The notes: generated from the letters alone by a model not told the origin. A stretch of DNA of 59,997 nucleotides, filler included, from 4 parts of 4 records of this genome joined end to end with filler, not necessarily neighbours in it; one strand, 5' to 3'. Shown: positions 10,252 through 20,902, numbered from the whole stretch's first letter. Numbers and translations: made by a program.

Positions 10252-10448
10252 GACTGACCTTTGGTGAACATTGTGAAAAAATTTCAACTCTATATGAGTT
10301 TGCGTTACACACAAAAATTGAATGTAATTTGATAAATTAACACAATGTTCATGAGAAATTTGGGTTGTCGGTCACTATCTGTCCTACCACCTATGCTAAG
10401 GTGGTTTTCAATAGAGCAAACACATATTCGATTTTTAAGGAGAACATC

Positions 10449-10613
10449 ATGGCATATGTTTTTTTACTGATCGTGCTGCTGGTCGTTGCAGCGATCTATG
10501 GTGACAGAAAGGTGGAACGGATCAAAACCCGTAAAGGCTGGCTGAAAATAAATCGATGCAGCGAGCGGGGCATTACCTTTGGCTTTCAGCCATTTAACAG
10601 CTGCAAATTTTAG
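10449..10613 (+). CDS. Small single-TM hypothetical protein
   Basis: AAGGAG RBS before ATG; MAYVFLLIVLLVVAAIYG hydrophobic N-terminus. Confidence 0.55.
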   Translation: MAYVFLLIVLLVVAAIYGDRKVERIKTRKGWLKINRCSERGITFGFQPFNSCKF

Positions 10614-10765
10614 ATAGCAGTCCCCTGGATTTCTTGGACAATCCTGGCACGGCAGCCCGCTGTTGCACCAGGTTAGTCCCTATATTGCCTCCTTCCCGAA
10701 AAACAAGGAGATTTTATGGTAAAATGCGTTGTTGTTGTGCTTCTTTTCTGCTCCCCCTCTCTTGA

Positions 10766-11458
10766 TTGGCAGCCTGGGGTGAGCCGGGAACCGCAGCATG
10801 CCTGGATATTGCCGAGATATATCTGAAAACTGGCGAACCGCAAGTCGCCCTTGCCTGGATAGAACGTGATAGGGCCCCAGGCTCTTTTGAAGAAGACAAG
10901 CGCAATCTGCTTCTGCAGACCATTTACACGAAGCTTGGTGAACCTGATAAGGTCACGGAAATTGCCTGGAAACGTTTTCGCAGCTACCGTTCTCTGCCTG
11001 ATTTGGAAGAATTGCTTACGGTAATCGGTGCAGAGAAGAAAGAAGCGGTTATTGCAGAACAGGCTCAAGAAATTCTAGCAAACAAAAGATTCAACACCTC
11101 AGACGCCAAGTTTCTCCTGGAAACCGGTTGCCTTGACCAGGCCAAAAACTATCTTCTGCAATCTGTCGAACAAATTGATGGTGTTTTTTATGGTTCTCTC
11201 CTTCCCCTTGCTACAGCCATGGAAAAAGCAGGACGCCATCTCGCTGCCTCCATGCTTTATCGCGCCTTACTTGACTCTATTCTTAAAAGAGGGCAGACCA
11301 AGACATATCCTCATGGTGTCCGTTACTTGAAAAAACTTGATAAGCTGGCCTCAGCTGTGAGCAACTGGCAGAGGTTTTCCAATCATAAAATCTACAAGGA
11401 AGGACTCAAACAGGACCATGGTCGTAAATACAGCTTCTGGGGTAAATACGATACGTAG
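10766..11458 (+). pseudogene. DUF6880-like helical protein, probably 5'-truncated
   Basis: LYRALLDSIL...YPHGVRYLKKL...HGRKYSFW C-terminus; TTG start with no clear RBS. Confidence 0.5.
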
Positions 11459-11696
11459 GCCACCTGCATTCTCCATTTTCTGACGAATACCTCTCGCATC
11501 TTTATTTTAAGATATGCGGTAAAGTTAAAATAACATCAAAACGTATTTTATCTTTGAGGCGTGCAGGATGAAACGAGACCCCTTCGCCAAATACATAAAT
11601 ATTTCAACAGTAGAAGAAAAAGCCCTGCCTTTATCCCCTCTTCGCTGCCGCCGATTCCTTCCTTAAATGAACGTCGGAGCTGTACAGCAAGTCCGA

Positions 11697-12272
11697 TCAA
11701 CCAAACTGTAAGCCGCAATCAGGGCATTTTGACGAAGTAGGTTCAAAACGAGTTGAACAAGCTGGACAGACAACTGTTTCCATATCGGTATTAAATACTG
11801 CCCCGGCTCGTGCAAGATCATCACTGGTGAGGCCGGTGGACTGGATATAATCTCTTCTTATAATCTCCATTGCTCTCTCAGCATCCGCAACTTTAACCTT
11901 CAACTGAAGGTCGGGCCCACCTCAGCCCTTTGAAGCGCTGTCACCGAAAAGAAGAGAGGGGACATACTCTGCTTTCAAAAGATGCTGTAGTGATTTGAGC
12001 GAATTCATTTTCCCGCTATGAATAGTAACCAGTTCATCCTCCATAGAAATTTTCATGGAACGTGGTGCCGAATTGGTTTCCTGCTGCATAAGCATTGTCA
12101 ATTTATCTGAGCCTGACAAAAGTGGGACAGCACAGGTTACGCATGTTTCGATTTCTGCTCGATACTCATCCCCACATTTTGGGCAGTAATTACAATCTAT
12201 ATCAACATTGTATTGATTGTTATCTGCCGCTTTCTTGCTTGATTTGCCAAGGCCGAATAATTTCCGAAACAT
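11697..12272 (-). CDS. Probable selenoprotein (191 aa, Sec117) with two CxxC..CxxC zinc ribbons
   Basis: The two track ORFs are in frame, separated only by TGA at 11922-11924 (SKG-U-GGPDLQLKVK); SECIS-like hairpin downstream. Confidence 0.8.
11896..11921 (-). promoter_or_regulatory. Bacterial SECIS-like element
   Basis: After the UGA: GGTGGGCCCG-ACCTTC-AGTT-GAAGGT; 6-bp stem, G-containing apical loop starting 16 nt after the UGA. Confidence 0.7.
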
Positions 12273-12745
12273 ATTGTATTGAACCAGGTTGAATTTATAT
12301 TTATTGGTTGCTCATTATCTAAGAATAATCATCTGAGCGTTAATGCAAAACAGGTACAAAGAAAAGAAAAGTCGTACAGAAGTACCATCGAGATATCAAA
12401 CATTCAAGCGTTCAGTGAAAGCCCTTGTATTTATCGTTTAAAAGCAGACACATACACAATGCCGCCTTTTCCATTACGAGCTGTTAAACAACGTCCGCCT
12501 AACCATGAAGGATAAAACGTGACGTGTCCACAGCTTTCAGCATACATGAAAATAGCCCTAATTTAAATTTGATAGCCAACGAAGAGGACTGCTCTTCATC
12601 GAATATAAATTTGAAATTAAGGGTAGGTGATGGTACTACTTTAACTATCTGAATTTACAGACACAAACCGTAAAGAACAATGTGGTATGTCCTCTAGGTA
12701 CTTCTTGGGTGCTATCTAAATAAATCAATCGTTAAGGGAAGTCTC

Positions 12746-13684
12746 ATGAAAAAGCAGTTAGTGAAGTTACTTGTCTGCCCTATTTGTCTGCCAATTGAAT
12801 TTCCGTTAACCGCAGATATCGTAACTGAAACCAATGGCGATATTGAGACCGGCAGCCTTACCTGCCCTTCCTGTATGTCATCCTTTCCAATTGTTGATGG
12901 AATTGCCAATCTGGATCCAAGGCATGCCCCGGCTGCAATGGCCGGTAATAAATATGAAACAGATACAGTAGTAGCCTCCTATCTCTGGAGCCATTTTAGT
13001 GAGCTCATGGGGGATGAACAGAGTTCCAAGGCTTATTCCACATGGGCTGGGTTAATGAAACCCGATGGAGGTATTTCCCTGGATGTAGGAGGGGCTGTGG
13101 GACGTTTTTCCTTTGAAATGAGTGAACGTTCCGACCTCGCTATAGGAGTCGATAACTCGGTGGCATTTATCCGGGCAGCTCGTCAGCTGATGAAGGAGAG
13201 AGCGATAACTCTACGCATCAAGGATGAAGGACATAGTACTAAAGACTTTCCCATAAAATTACCTGATCGTTTTAATAGCGAAAAGGTGGAATTCATTGTT
13301 GCAAATGCACTGGCCTTACCTTTTCGCGAGGACGGCATAAGCTCATTTTCCTCACTCAACCTGGTGGATAAAGTTCCTTCGCCGATGAAGCATCTGCAGG
13401 AAATGAATAGGATAGTACGAAAAAAGCATGGGCAATTCTTACTTTCAGATCCCTTCTCCTGGTCGGAAGATGCCGCACCGGTTGAAGAGTGGCTGGGTGG
13501 CCAACCTGATGGCCCGTACTCAGGTAAAGGCATTGAGAACATAAGCAGACTTCTACAGGATTCCAAAGGAGAACTGCAACCTCCATGGAGGGTGAGTGAG
13601 CCGGATAAGGTATGGTGGAAGATCCGCACTCATACCAACCATTATGAACTCATACAGAGCTGCTTTATCCATGCTGAAAGGTAG
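12746..13684 (+). CDS. Trm112-like zinc ribbon fused to a class I SAM methyltransferase resembling the OvoA C-terminal N-methyltransferase
   Basis: LLVCPIC...LTCPSC...FPIVDGIANL; then YETD..SYL..HF, LDVGGAVGRFSFE, NLVDK, SDPFSW..EEWLGG. Confidence 0.8.
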   Translation: MKKQLVKLLVCPICLPIEFPLTADIVTETNGDIETGSLTCPSCMSSFPIVDGIANLDPRHAPAAMAGNKYETDTVVASYLWSHFSELMGDEQSSKAYSTWAGLMKPDGGISLDVGGAVGRFSFEMSERSDLAIGVDNSVAFIRAARQLMKERAITLRIKDEGHSTKDFPIKLPDRFNSEKVEFIVANALALPFREDGISSFSSLNLVDKVPSPMKHLQEMNRIVRKKHGQFLLSDPFSWSEDAAPVEEWLGGQPDGPYSGKGIENISRLLQDSKGELQPPWRVSEPDKVWWKIRTHTNHYELIQSCFIHAER

Positions 13685-13712
13685 TTGAAAACTGTTACTA
13701 CAGGAGTAAACA

Positions 13713-15770
13713 ATGATTCACGATACTATTTGTCGCCTCTGTTCCTCATGCTGCCCTATCGAGGCAGAGGTTCAAGAGGGACGTTTGATTGCGGCCTGGA
13801 GAAAATCGTTTCTTGAAGCAGATAAACGACGGGTTTGTCCCAAGCTCAATCACGCGCCTGATATTGTCTATTCGGATCAGCGACTAAAAACACCACTGAT
13901 CAAAGAAGAGGACGGTAGTTTTCGAGAGGCGAACTGGGAAGAAGCTCTCAACAAGGTAGCCCGGATGATGAAAAGGCATAAAAGCAATTCCGGTCCGGAA
14001 TCTGTTGCCTGGTTGCGTGGTATGGCTGCCGATTGGGGCGCACCCTGGGACTATCCCAACCGCTTAATGCATTGCTTCGGTTCTCCCAATACCATTGGAA
14101 ACGGTTCAATCTGTTTTGTGGCCCGTGATTTTGCCCATACCTATACCTATGGGTCCATGGCTTTTCCGGAAGCAAAGAATGCTAAATGTATCATCGTTTG
14201 GGGAAAACAGGACGGTAATACGGCTTTAGGTGCAGCAGAGGGGATTGCACATGCTCAGGCAAACGGGGCAACATTGATTGTTGTCGATCCGGTTAAAACA
14301 CGTTTGGCTGCAAAAGCTGACTTGTGGCTTCAGATAAAACCGGGCCATGATCCATTGCTGGCAATGGCCATGATCCATGAAATTATCCAGCAGGACTGGT
14401 GTGATACGGACTTTATTGAAAAGTATACCACCGGCTTTGATAAACTGAGAGCCATTGCTTCCGACTATTCTCCAAAGATTGTCGCCGAGGATATCTGGTT
14501 GACTGCTGAGCAGATTACGGAGGCAGCTCGTCTGTATGCTACTACCAAACCAGCCTCGATCGTGGACGGTAACGGGCTGGATATGCATCGTGAAGTGTTT
14601 GATTCCACGCGCTCAGTGGCTATGCTCAGGGCAATTACCGGCAACCTGGACGTACAGGGTGGAGATGTGATTCCACAACCGGTTCCGGTCCGCAATATCC
14701 AGATGAAGGAGAGGTTGGCAGAGGAGAGCGAGCCGATTACACGTGATTATCCCCTTTTCAATACATTCAGTGAAACCTGGGGTAATCAGGTTCAGGGCTG
14801 TATCATCAACGCAATTCTGGAAAAGGAACCGTACCCGCTGAAAATGGTAGTAGTTCAGTCCGGCAACCCTCTTGTGACCATGGCGGATTCCACCCGAACA
14901 AGACGTGCATTTGAGCAGGTGGAATCTCTGGTTGTAATCGATATGTTTATGACAGAGACTGCAAAGCTTGCTGATGTTGTCCTTCCTGCTTCGAGTTGTT
15001 TTGAAAAAACGCAGTTAAACAGGTCTTCAATCAGGAATAATCCCATAATCCTACAAGATGAAGTGATTAAGCCGCTCCATAGTTCCTGGCCGGATTGGAA
15101 GATTGTTTTTGAACTGGGAAGACAGCTCGGGTTTACAGAGGAGTTCCCTTGGCAATCGGCAGACGAGGCAATTGATTATCAGCTTGAGCCTACCGGTGTC
15201 ACTGTTTCGGCATTGCGTGAAAATCCCAATGGCATGAGGATAGAGGAACTTCGATATAAGAAATATGAACAGGATGGGTTTGCGACCCCTTCCGGCAAGG
15301 TAGAGTTTTTTTCCAATCGGCTCAAGGAAGTAGCTTTACCTGCAACACCACTGCAAAATGGACTTGAAAATCCTATCAGTTTCTGCGATCAGGCAAACGA
15401 ATTTCCAATGATTGGTATAAGCGGTGCCCGTGATATCCGATTCACCAACTCGCAATTTTTTACCATTACCAGTTTAAGGGAAAAAGGGGCAAGCTGCGGT
15501 GTTGATATCCATCCTGATGATGCTGAAAAACTCAATATAAGCGAAGGGGCACAGGTAGCCATTGTCACCCCAAAAGGAAAGATTGAAATGGAGGCCCGAT
15601 TTTCAACTATTGTACGGCCAGGATCCGTCCGGCTCGCATGGGGATGGGGTGATTACAGACCGGAAAAAGGCCTCAACTTACTGACAGAGGATGGAAAGCG
15701 CGGGGCTGTTACCGGTACATCCACATGTCGATCTTTTATGTGTCGAGTGGAGCCATTGATGGACTTTTAA
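13713..15770 (+). CDS. Molybdo/tungsto-bis-PGD enzyme (acetylene hydratase/DMSO reductase superfamily), cytoplasmic
   Basis: CRLCSSCC..C [4Fe-4S] motif, RLKTPL, ETAKLADVVLP, TPSGKVEF, molydop-binding C-domain; no Tat signal; AGGAG RBS. Confidence 0.9.
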   Translation: MIHDTICRLCSSCCPIEAEVQEGRLIAAWRKSFLEADKRRVCPKLNHAPDIVYSDQRLKTPLIKEEDGSFREANWEEALNKVARMMKRHKSNSGPESVAWLRGMAADWGAPWDYPNRLMHCFGSPNTIGNGSICFVARDFAHTYTYGSMAFPEAKNAKCIIVWGKQDGNTALGAAEGIAHAQANGATLIVVDPVKTRLAAKADLWLQIKPGHDPLLAMAMIHEIIQQDWCDTDFIEKYTTGFDKLRAIASDYSPKIVAEDIWLTAEQITEAARLYATTKPASIVDGNGLDMHREVFDSTRSVAMLRAITGNLDVQGGDVIPQPVPVRNIQMKERLAEESEPITRDYPLFNTFSETWGNQVQGCIINAILEKEPYPLKMVVVQSGNPLVTMADSTRTRRAFEQVESLVVIDMFMTETAKLADVVLPASSCFEKTQLNRSSIRNNPIILQDEVIKPLHSSWPDWKIVFELGRQLGFTEEFPWQSADEAIDYQLEPTGVTVSALRENPNGMRIEELRYKKYEQDGFATPSGKVEFFSNRLKEVALPATPLQNGLENPISFCDQANEFPMIGISGARDIRFTNSQFFTITSLREKGASCGVDIHPDDAEKLNISEGAQVAIVTPKGKIEMEARFSTIVRPGSVRLAWGWGDYRPEKGLNLLTEDGKRGAVTGTSTCRSFMCRVEPLMDF

Positions 15771-15788
15771 GAAGACAGCTCTACTTTG

Positions 15789-16130
15789 TTATAGGTCAAG
15801 AAGATCAACTCCTCTTTGGCGACACAAGTCGCGGAGGCTTGATCCGAGATCTCGTTTTAACTTTCCATACAATACTTTCTGCCGATATTTCGGTGCCATC
15901 ACTGCATGGTATTTGTAATCCCGTCTTACGCGAGATTAACGTTCCCATGCATGTATAGGTTCTTCCTCCAAATTTACCCTTTGACGGGGCTATCTTCGGA
16001 GGGAAAACCGGTCTCTATTTACCCCGCAGCGGCAGAACCTTTCCGGGCCCTCCAGTAGAAGCGGAGGGCTTATGGATAACTAAACATCCATCCCCTGAAC
16101 TACCCAGTGTCACTTGCATGTGGTAGTCTA
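15789..16130 (-). mobile_element. tnpA: IS200/IS605 tnpA relic (5' fragment 15789-15952) with probable left-end hairpin
   Basis: Minus strand reads RVRRDYKYHAVMAPKYRQKVLYGKLKRDLGSSLRDLCRQRGVDLLDL*, matching the Y1 transposase N-terminus; GGAGG RBS; ACTACC..GGTAGT inverted repeat near 16099-16127. Confidence 0.75.
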
Positions 16131-16550
16131 CCTGCAGGCAAGTGGCGCTCCCTTCAGTCTGACACTATCAGCTGACAATAATATTGCAATTGAAGCGGAA
16201 AATAATGATTAGCTGTTCAAATAAATTGTTGATATGATTTAACTCCAGATAAAAGGGGGAGTAATTAATCGCAAGGACCTGTACTCTTTCTCCAGGCGAT
16301 TTTACTTTTTTGTTTCGCTATTAGTTCCCCTTCGTCTGGTCAGGCCGAGGACCGTGACACGTATAGATGCTCAAACCCACATAAATGTACCCTCATTCTC
16401 AATGATTTGTCGAATCGATATGCAACTCATGTCTCTCAATACAGGGCTATGCAGTTTCAAAAAGAAAAGGCCCCAGGCAGGTGGATGATAACTCATTTAT
16501 CTTTTCCCCCGACATTGTGTCGTTAGTACCAAGTCTTCTATACTATTTGA

Positions 16551-17195
16551 CTACTGTTCAAGCAGTCCACTCAGTACCTGCTTATAGACATCGACCGGCT
16601 GTGCACCAACCAGTGAACTTGAATTATTGAAAACCATTGTGGGGACGGCTGACACACCAAGTCCTTTCCACTTCTTTTCATGAGCTTGGACCTGACTCCT
16701 AACAGTAACATCATCCAGACGTACCAGTGCCTCTTCGACGTTTAAGCCTATGCTTTGCAGCTCCTGCGCGAGGACCTTTCTGTCGGCTACATTTTTTCGC
16801 TCACTGAAACACGCTTTGAATAACCGCATTTTCAGTTCGGTTTGTTTGCCCGCTTCTTTAGCGTAATCAAGCAGGATGTGCAGGTCTTGGGTATTCACCA
16901 TCCTAAACCCATCAAAAAAATCAAAGGTAAAACCCAACTCCGCTCCAAGTGCAGTAATCTGTCCTAGTGTACGCCGGCTGTCATCGGGAGTAGTGCCGTA
17001 TTTTCTCGCTATATGGTCATGCACTTCTTCTCCTTCCTCGGGCATGTAGGAATTGAGTTGAAATGGGTGCCACTCTATCTCCACCTGATCTTCGATTTCC
17101 ATCTCAGAGATAGCTTGCGCCACACGTTTGTAGCCAATAACACACCAGGGACAAACAACGTCCGATATTATATCTAGCTTAATTTTATCCTTCAT
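16551..17195 (-). CDS. DsbA-family (FrnE-like) oxidoreductase
   Basis: SDVVCPWC, PFQLN, GVSAVPT and GAQP motifs. Confidence 0.9.
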   Translation of the reverse strand: MKDKIKLDIISDVVCPWCVIGYKRVAQAISEMEIEDQVEIEWHPFQLNSYMPEEGEEVHDHIARKYGTTPDDSRRTLGQITALGAELGFTFDFFDGFRMVNTQDLHILLDYAKEAGKQTELKMRLFKACFSERKNVADRKVLAQELQSIGLNVEEALVRLDDVTVRSQVQAHEKKWKGLGVSAVPTMVFNNSSSLVGAQPVDVYKQVLSGLLEQ

Positions 17196-17590
17196 AATCA
17201 AACCTTTACTCTTTTTAATCACACCCCCAACTGCTGATAGTAATCGTCAACCATCCCTTGGATGTGTGCTTTGCACTCACGCCCTTCTCACTTTGCTACC
17301 CAGGCAGGCCAACCATTACACAGTTATCGAAGAAACCTTGGATTGCCGCTTCAAATTGTTTTGCCAACTCATCGGAAAACAGGAAAAACCACCTGTTTAG
17401 TGCGTTGACTATGATCATGGTTAAAACCGGTCGGCCGTCTTCTATGATATAAATTGAAATAATCACTTATAGTTATCACTGACTTAAAAGCTCTAATTGC
17501 AATTCAGCGGAGCATAAAATGAAATTCCTGCATACCATGGTCAGGGTAAGAGCCATCGGCTTCTATGGAAAATAAGGGGACTGGTAAATA

Positions 17591-18289
17591 TTACCGTTGC
17601 GAACCAACACTCTTGCAAGCGGTCTCAGAGTTATCCTGAGGCACCTGCAGGTGTCTTCGATCATTGATTCTTTCGACCTGGAAACCAGCACCGTCTTTAT
17701 AAAGAACATTTAAAGCAGCCGTGCCCTGTCGCAACTCGCGAAATTGATTAAGGGAGATATTGGAAGCAAAGCATAACAGGGAAACAATAACAAAATTGTG
17801 TGAACAGATCAGCAGGGTGCTGCCTGGTGCATAAGGCTTGGAAATCCTCATCAAGGTGTCAACAGCCCTTTGCTGGACATCTTCTAAGCTCTCCCCGCCA
17901 GGCATTTTCAAACCTGCAGGGTTCTTTTCCCATACCTCCCGAAAATCAGGATACCGCTCTCCCCATTGCTTTGCCTCCATCCCCTCAAAGTCACCGAGAT
18001 CCATCTCCTTCAACCCAATTTCCTTTATCAGTGCGGTTGGGGGGTGATATCTGGCGACATGACAGGCCATGCCAACCGTCCGTTGCAAAGGACTCGAATA
18101 TATTGCGGTTATATCCTCATTTTTTAATGCCAATGCTAAAGCTCGAGCCTGCTTTACCCCGTTGGAGTTAAGCGGTATATCACTGCGCCCCTGAAAACGG
18201 TGGAGTCGATTCCATTCGGTTTCACCATGTCGGACCAGCAGGATCCGGACACCTGGCATTTGAGGAGTTTTCACTTTTACAGCTTTCAT
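17591..18289 (-). CDS. Histidine phosphatase family protein (CobC/GpmB-like)
   Basis: RHGETEWN, SSPLQR, E-DLG-FEG and GGES motifs. Confidence 0.88.
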   Translation of the reverse strand: MKAVKVKTPQMPGVRILLVRHGETEWNRLHRFQGRSDIPLNSNGVKQARALALALKNEDITAIYSSPLQRTVGMACHVARYHPPTALIKEIGLKEMDLGDFEGMEAKQWGERYPDFREVWEKNPAGLKMPGGESLEDVQQRAVDTLMRISKPYAPGSTLLICSHNFVIVSLLCFASNISLNQFRELRQGTAALNVLYKDGAGFQVERINDRRHLQVPQDNSETACKSVGSQR

Positions 18290-18311
18290 GACTATTACAA
18301 CGTATACAAGA

Positions 18312-19475
18312 TCATCTTATTTCCAGGGTATGGTTTCCTTCAAAAAAAGGATCCTTTTGCAAAACTGCCTCCAAAGGATTCTCGTACCATGGGCTTGTGA
18401 AGTGCCGCTCGATGATGTTTCCAGGAACATCGTCAACCTTCTCATACTGCCACTGAGGATTATTATCCTTGTCCACCAACAGAGCTCTTACCCCTTCCGG
18501 AAAATCTCCATGCCTGGTGCACTGTATTGATATCACCAACTCCATCTGAAAAACTTCTCTCAAGGATAAATGCTTACCACGCTTTAACTGCTGGTAAACA
18601 ATATGTGCAGTTACCGGGCAACCTGATTGTAAAGTTGATTGGGCCTTGCTCAACCATTTGTTATGACTTTCCATGGATTGGATTTTTTCGGCAATAGCCG
18701 CACAAGAGCCTGCATCGGTTGCCTGCTGAATCCAATCATAGAACTCACGACAATGAGAGACAGGCAATGCAACCTGATTTTGTTTTTCATGCCGACGACA
18801 CACCCGACTCACTACATCATGGTCAGCTGTGAGGTCGCCACTGAGCCCCTGCCGAAGTAATTCATCTAGTAATGAGTCCTTCTGCCCATGGCTGATAAAA
18901 CGATCAGCCATACCCACAAACAGTGCGTCAGCACCATTAATATGGGCTGCGGTCATCCCAAGGAACAACCCTATGCGTCCCGGCATACGATTTAATATCC
19001 AGGTACCTCCTACATCAGGGTATAAACCGATATTCATTTCCGGCATGGCAATACGGGATTTTTCCGTTACAATGCGATGAGAACAACCCGACATCAAACC
19101 AACCCCGCCGCCCATCACGATACCATGCCCCCAGCAGATGATGGGTTTGGGGTATTTATGGATCAAGTAATCCAGGTGGTACTCTTTTAAAAAAAAGTTC
19201 TCAGCATACTCATTGATGACATCAGCTCCGTTTTTCAACATGGAATCATAGAGTTTACGAATATCCCCACCGGCACAAAAAGCTTTATCTCCTACTGAAT
19301 CGAAGAATACTGCAACAACATTATCGTTATCTTTCCACGCAAGAAATTTCGCATGCAGCAACTCGATCATTTCAAGGCTGAGTGAATTCAATTTCCTTTC
19401 TGCGTTCAAGGTTGCGCGGCCAACGAGCATACCATTTGAGCAACAGAGTTCTTCAAACAATACAGGTGGATTCAT
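18312..19475 (-). CDS. 3-hydroxyisobutyryl-CoA hydrolase-like crotonase
   Basis: AFCAGGD, GIVMGGG, AMPE..IGLYPDVG, DFPEGVRALLVDKD..P.W. Confidence 0.88.
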   Translation of the reverse strand: MNPPVLFEELCCSNGMLVGRATLNAERKLNSLSLEMIELLHAKFLAWKDNDNVVAVFFDSVGDKAFCAGGDIRKLYDSMLKNGADVINEYAENFFLKEYHLDYLIHKYPKPIICWGHGIVMGGGVGLMSGCSHRIVTEKSRIAMPEMNIGLYPDVGGTWILNRMPGRIGLFLGMTAAHINGADALFVGMADRFISHGQKDSLLDELLRQGLSGDLTADHDVVSRVCRRHEKQNQVALPVSHCREFYDWIQQATDAGSCAAIAEKIQSMESHNKWLSKAQSTLQSGCPVTAHIVYQQLKRGKHLSLREVFQMELVISIQCTRHGDFPEGVRALLVDKDNNPQWQYEKVDDVPGNIIERHFTSPWYENPLEAVLQKDPFFEGNHTLEIR

Positions 19476-19903
19476 TACACTCTCTATTAATATTCCTTAC
19501 CGATTTTCAACCCCAGATGAAGGGCATCTCCATTAAGTTGAACAACGCCCTTGGGTTCCAGGTGCTGATGATACTTTCTTTTGATTACTTTCAAACTATT
19601 GTTCCTTCTTATATAGCTTACAACTCACAGATTCTTTTACAAGGTTGACGGGAAGAGTGTTGTAGTATTTGCTACACCTGTATAACTGAGTGGAAGGTGT
19701 AAACTGGACCATCATCTATTGTCTATCCTAAAAAACGTCAATTCATGAAAAAATAATCTAATACAAACTTGACCCGGGTGGTTGCGGTAGACTGCAAAGA
19801 GGATGTTATTTAAGCACACATTCATCTTAAAAATTGATCATTATGGCAAAAGAGGGGAAAATCAGTTTTATCCCTACCAATAATTGATTCAAAACTTGAT
19901 CTC

Positions 19904-20851
19904 ATGATAATAAGCGCAAGCCGGAGAACTGATATACCTGCATTTTACTCTGAGTGGTTTATGAATAGGCTCAGACAAGGGTTTGTTTATACTCAAAATC
20001 CATTTAACAAAAGATTGATCTCAAAAGTTTCCCTTTCTCCTGATCGAATTTCATGCATTGTTTTTTGGACCAAAAATCCTGAAAATTTATTGAAACATTT
20101 ACCTGAAATAAATCGAATGGGGCATGAATACTATTTCCATTTTACCCTCACTTCTTATGACTCAGGTATTGAGGGAAGTGTCCCTAAAAAAACTACAGTT
20201 ATAGAAACTTTTAAAAGGCTAGCAGAGCAAGTTGGAAATGAAAAAATAATATGGAGGTACGATCCGGTTTTTTTGACGAACAAATATGATATTCCATACC
20301 ACCTGAAATGGTATGAATATCTGGCCAAACAACTTAATGGCCATACTACCAAATGCATATTCAGCTTTCTCAACATGTACAAAAAATGCGAAAAAAACCT
20401 TAAGGATGTTTATATCCATACATTGAGTGATGGGCACAAAAGCTATCTAGTAAAAAATTTTCACAGTATTGCCCAATCATGCTCTATAAGCCTGGAAGCA
20501 TGTGCTCAAGAAGAATGTTTTGAGGAAATTGGGGTCTCCCAAGCAAAATGCATAGACCACAATCTGGTCTCAACGTTGAATTGCAGGCAACTGTTTTACC
20601 CAAAAGATAAAAATCAACGTAAGCATTGTGCTTGTGCTACCAGTGTGGATATAGGAGCATACAATACATGTAAAAATTTTTGCTTATACTGTTACGCAAA
20701 CAGTAGCAGGAAATCAGTATTGAATAACACTGAAGCCCATAATGTGAATTCTCCTCTTCTTATCGGTTTTCCCAGCGGCAAAGAAAAAATTATAGACAAA
20801 AAAGTTATTGGCGGCAAAGGTGTGCAACTACAACTCTTTAGCAAAAGATAG
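19904..20851 (+). CDS. DUF1848 family protein
   Basis: MIISASRRTDIPAFY, FWTKNP, WRYDP, DIGAYNTC..C.YCYA. Confidence 0.92.
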   Translation: MIISASRRTDIPAFYSEWFMNRLRQGFVYTQNPFNKRLISKVSLSPDRISCIVFWTKNPENLLKHLPEINRMGHEYYFHFTLTSYDSGIEGSVPKKTTVIETFKRLAEQVGNEKIIWRYDPVFLTNKYDIPYHLKWYEYLAKQLNGHTTKCIFSFLNMYKKCEKNLKDVYIHTLSDGHKSYLVKNFHSIAQSCSISLEACAQEECFEEIGVSQAKCIDHNLVSTLNCRQLFYPKDKNQRKHCACATSVDIGAYNTCKNFCLYCYANSSRKSVLNNTEAHNVNSPLLIGFPSGKEKIIDKKVIGGKGVQLQLFSKR

Positions 20852-20902
20852 CATGGTCTTGATTAGATCCGACCGACCGATCAAAATCAATTATCGGGTA
20901 GA

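Noticed and set aside
13713-15770. True acetylene hydratase or respiratory formate/nitrate reductase
   Set aside because: The Fe-S motif reads CRLCSSCC, lacking the catalytic Asp of the acetylene hydratase motif; no Tat signal or partner subunits
16245-16340. Imperfect long inverted repeat (CCAGATAAAAGGGGGA / TCCCCTTCGTCTGG)
   Set aside because: Single imperfect copy; not enough to call a MITE or ncRNA
17220-17460. Possible gene remnant upstream of the DsbA-like gene (..IQGMVDDYYQQLGV*)
   Set aside because: Looks coding-like, but I cannot assign a family or a consistent frame
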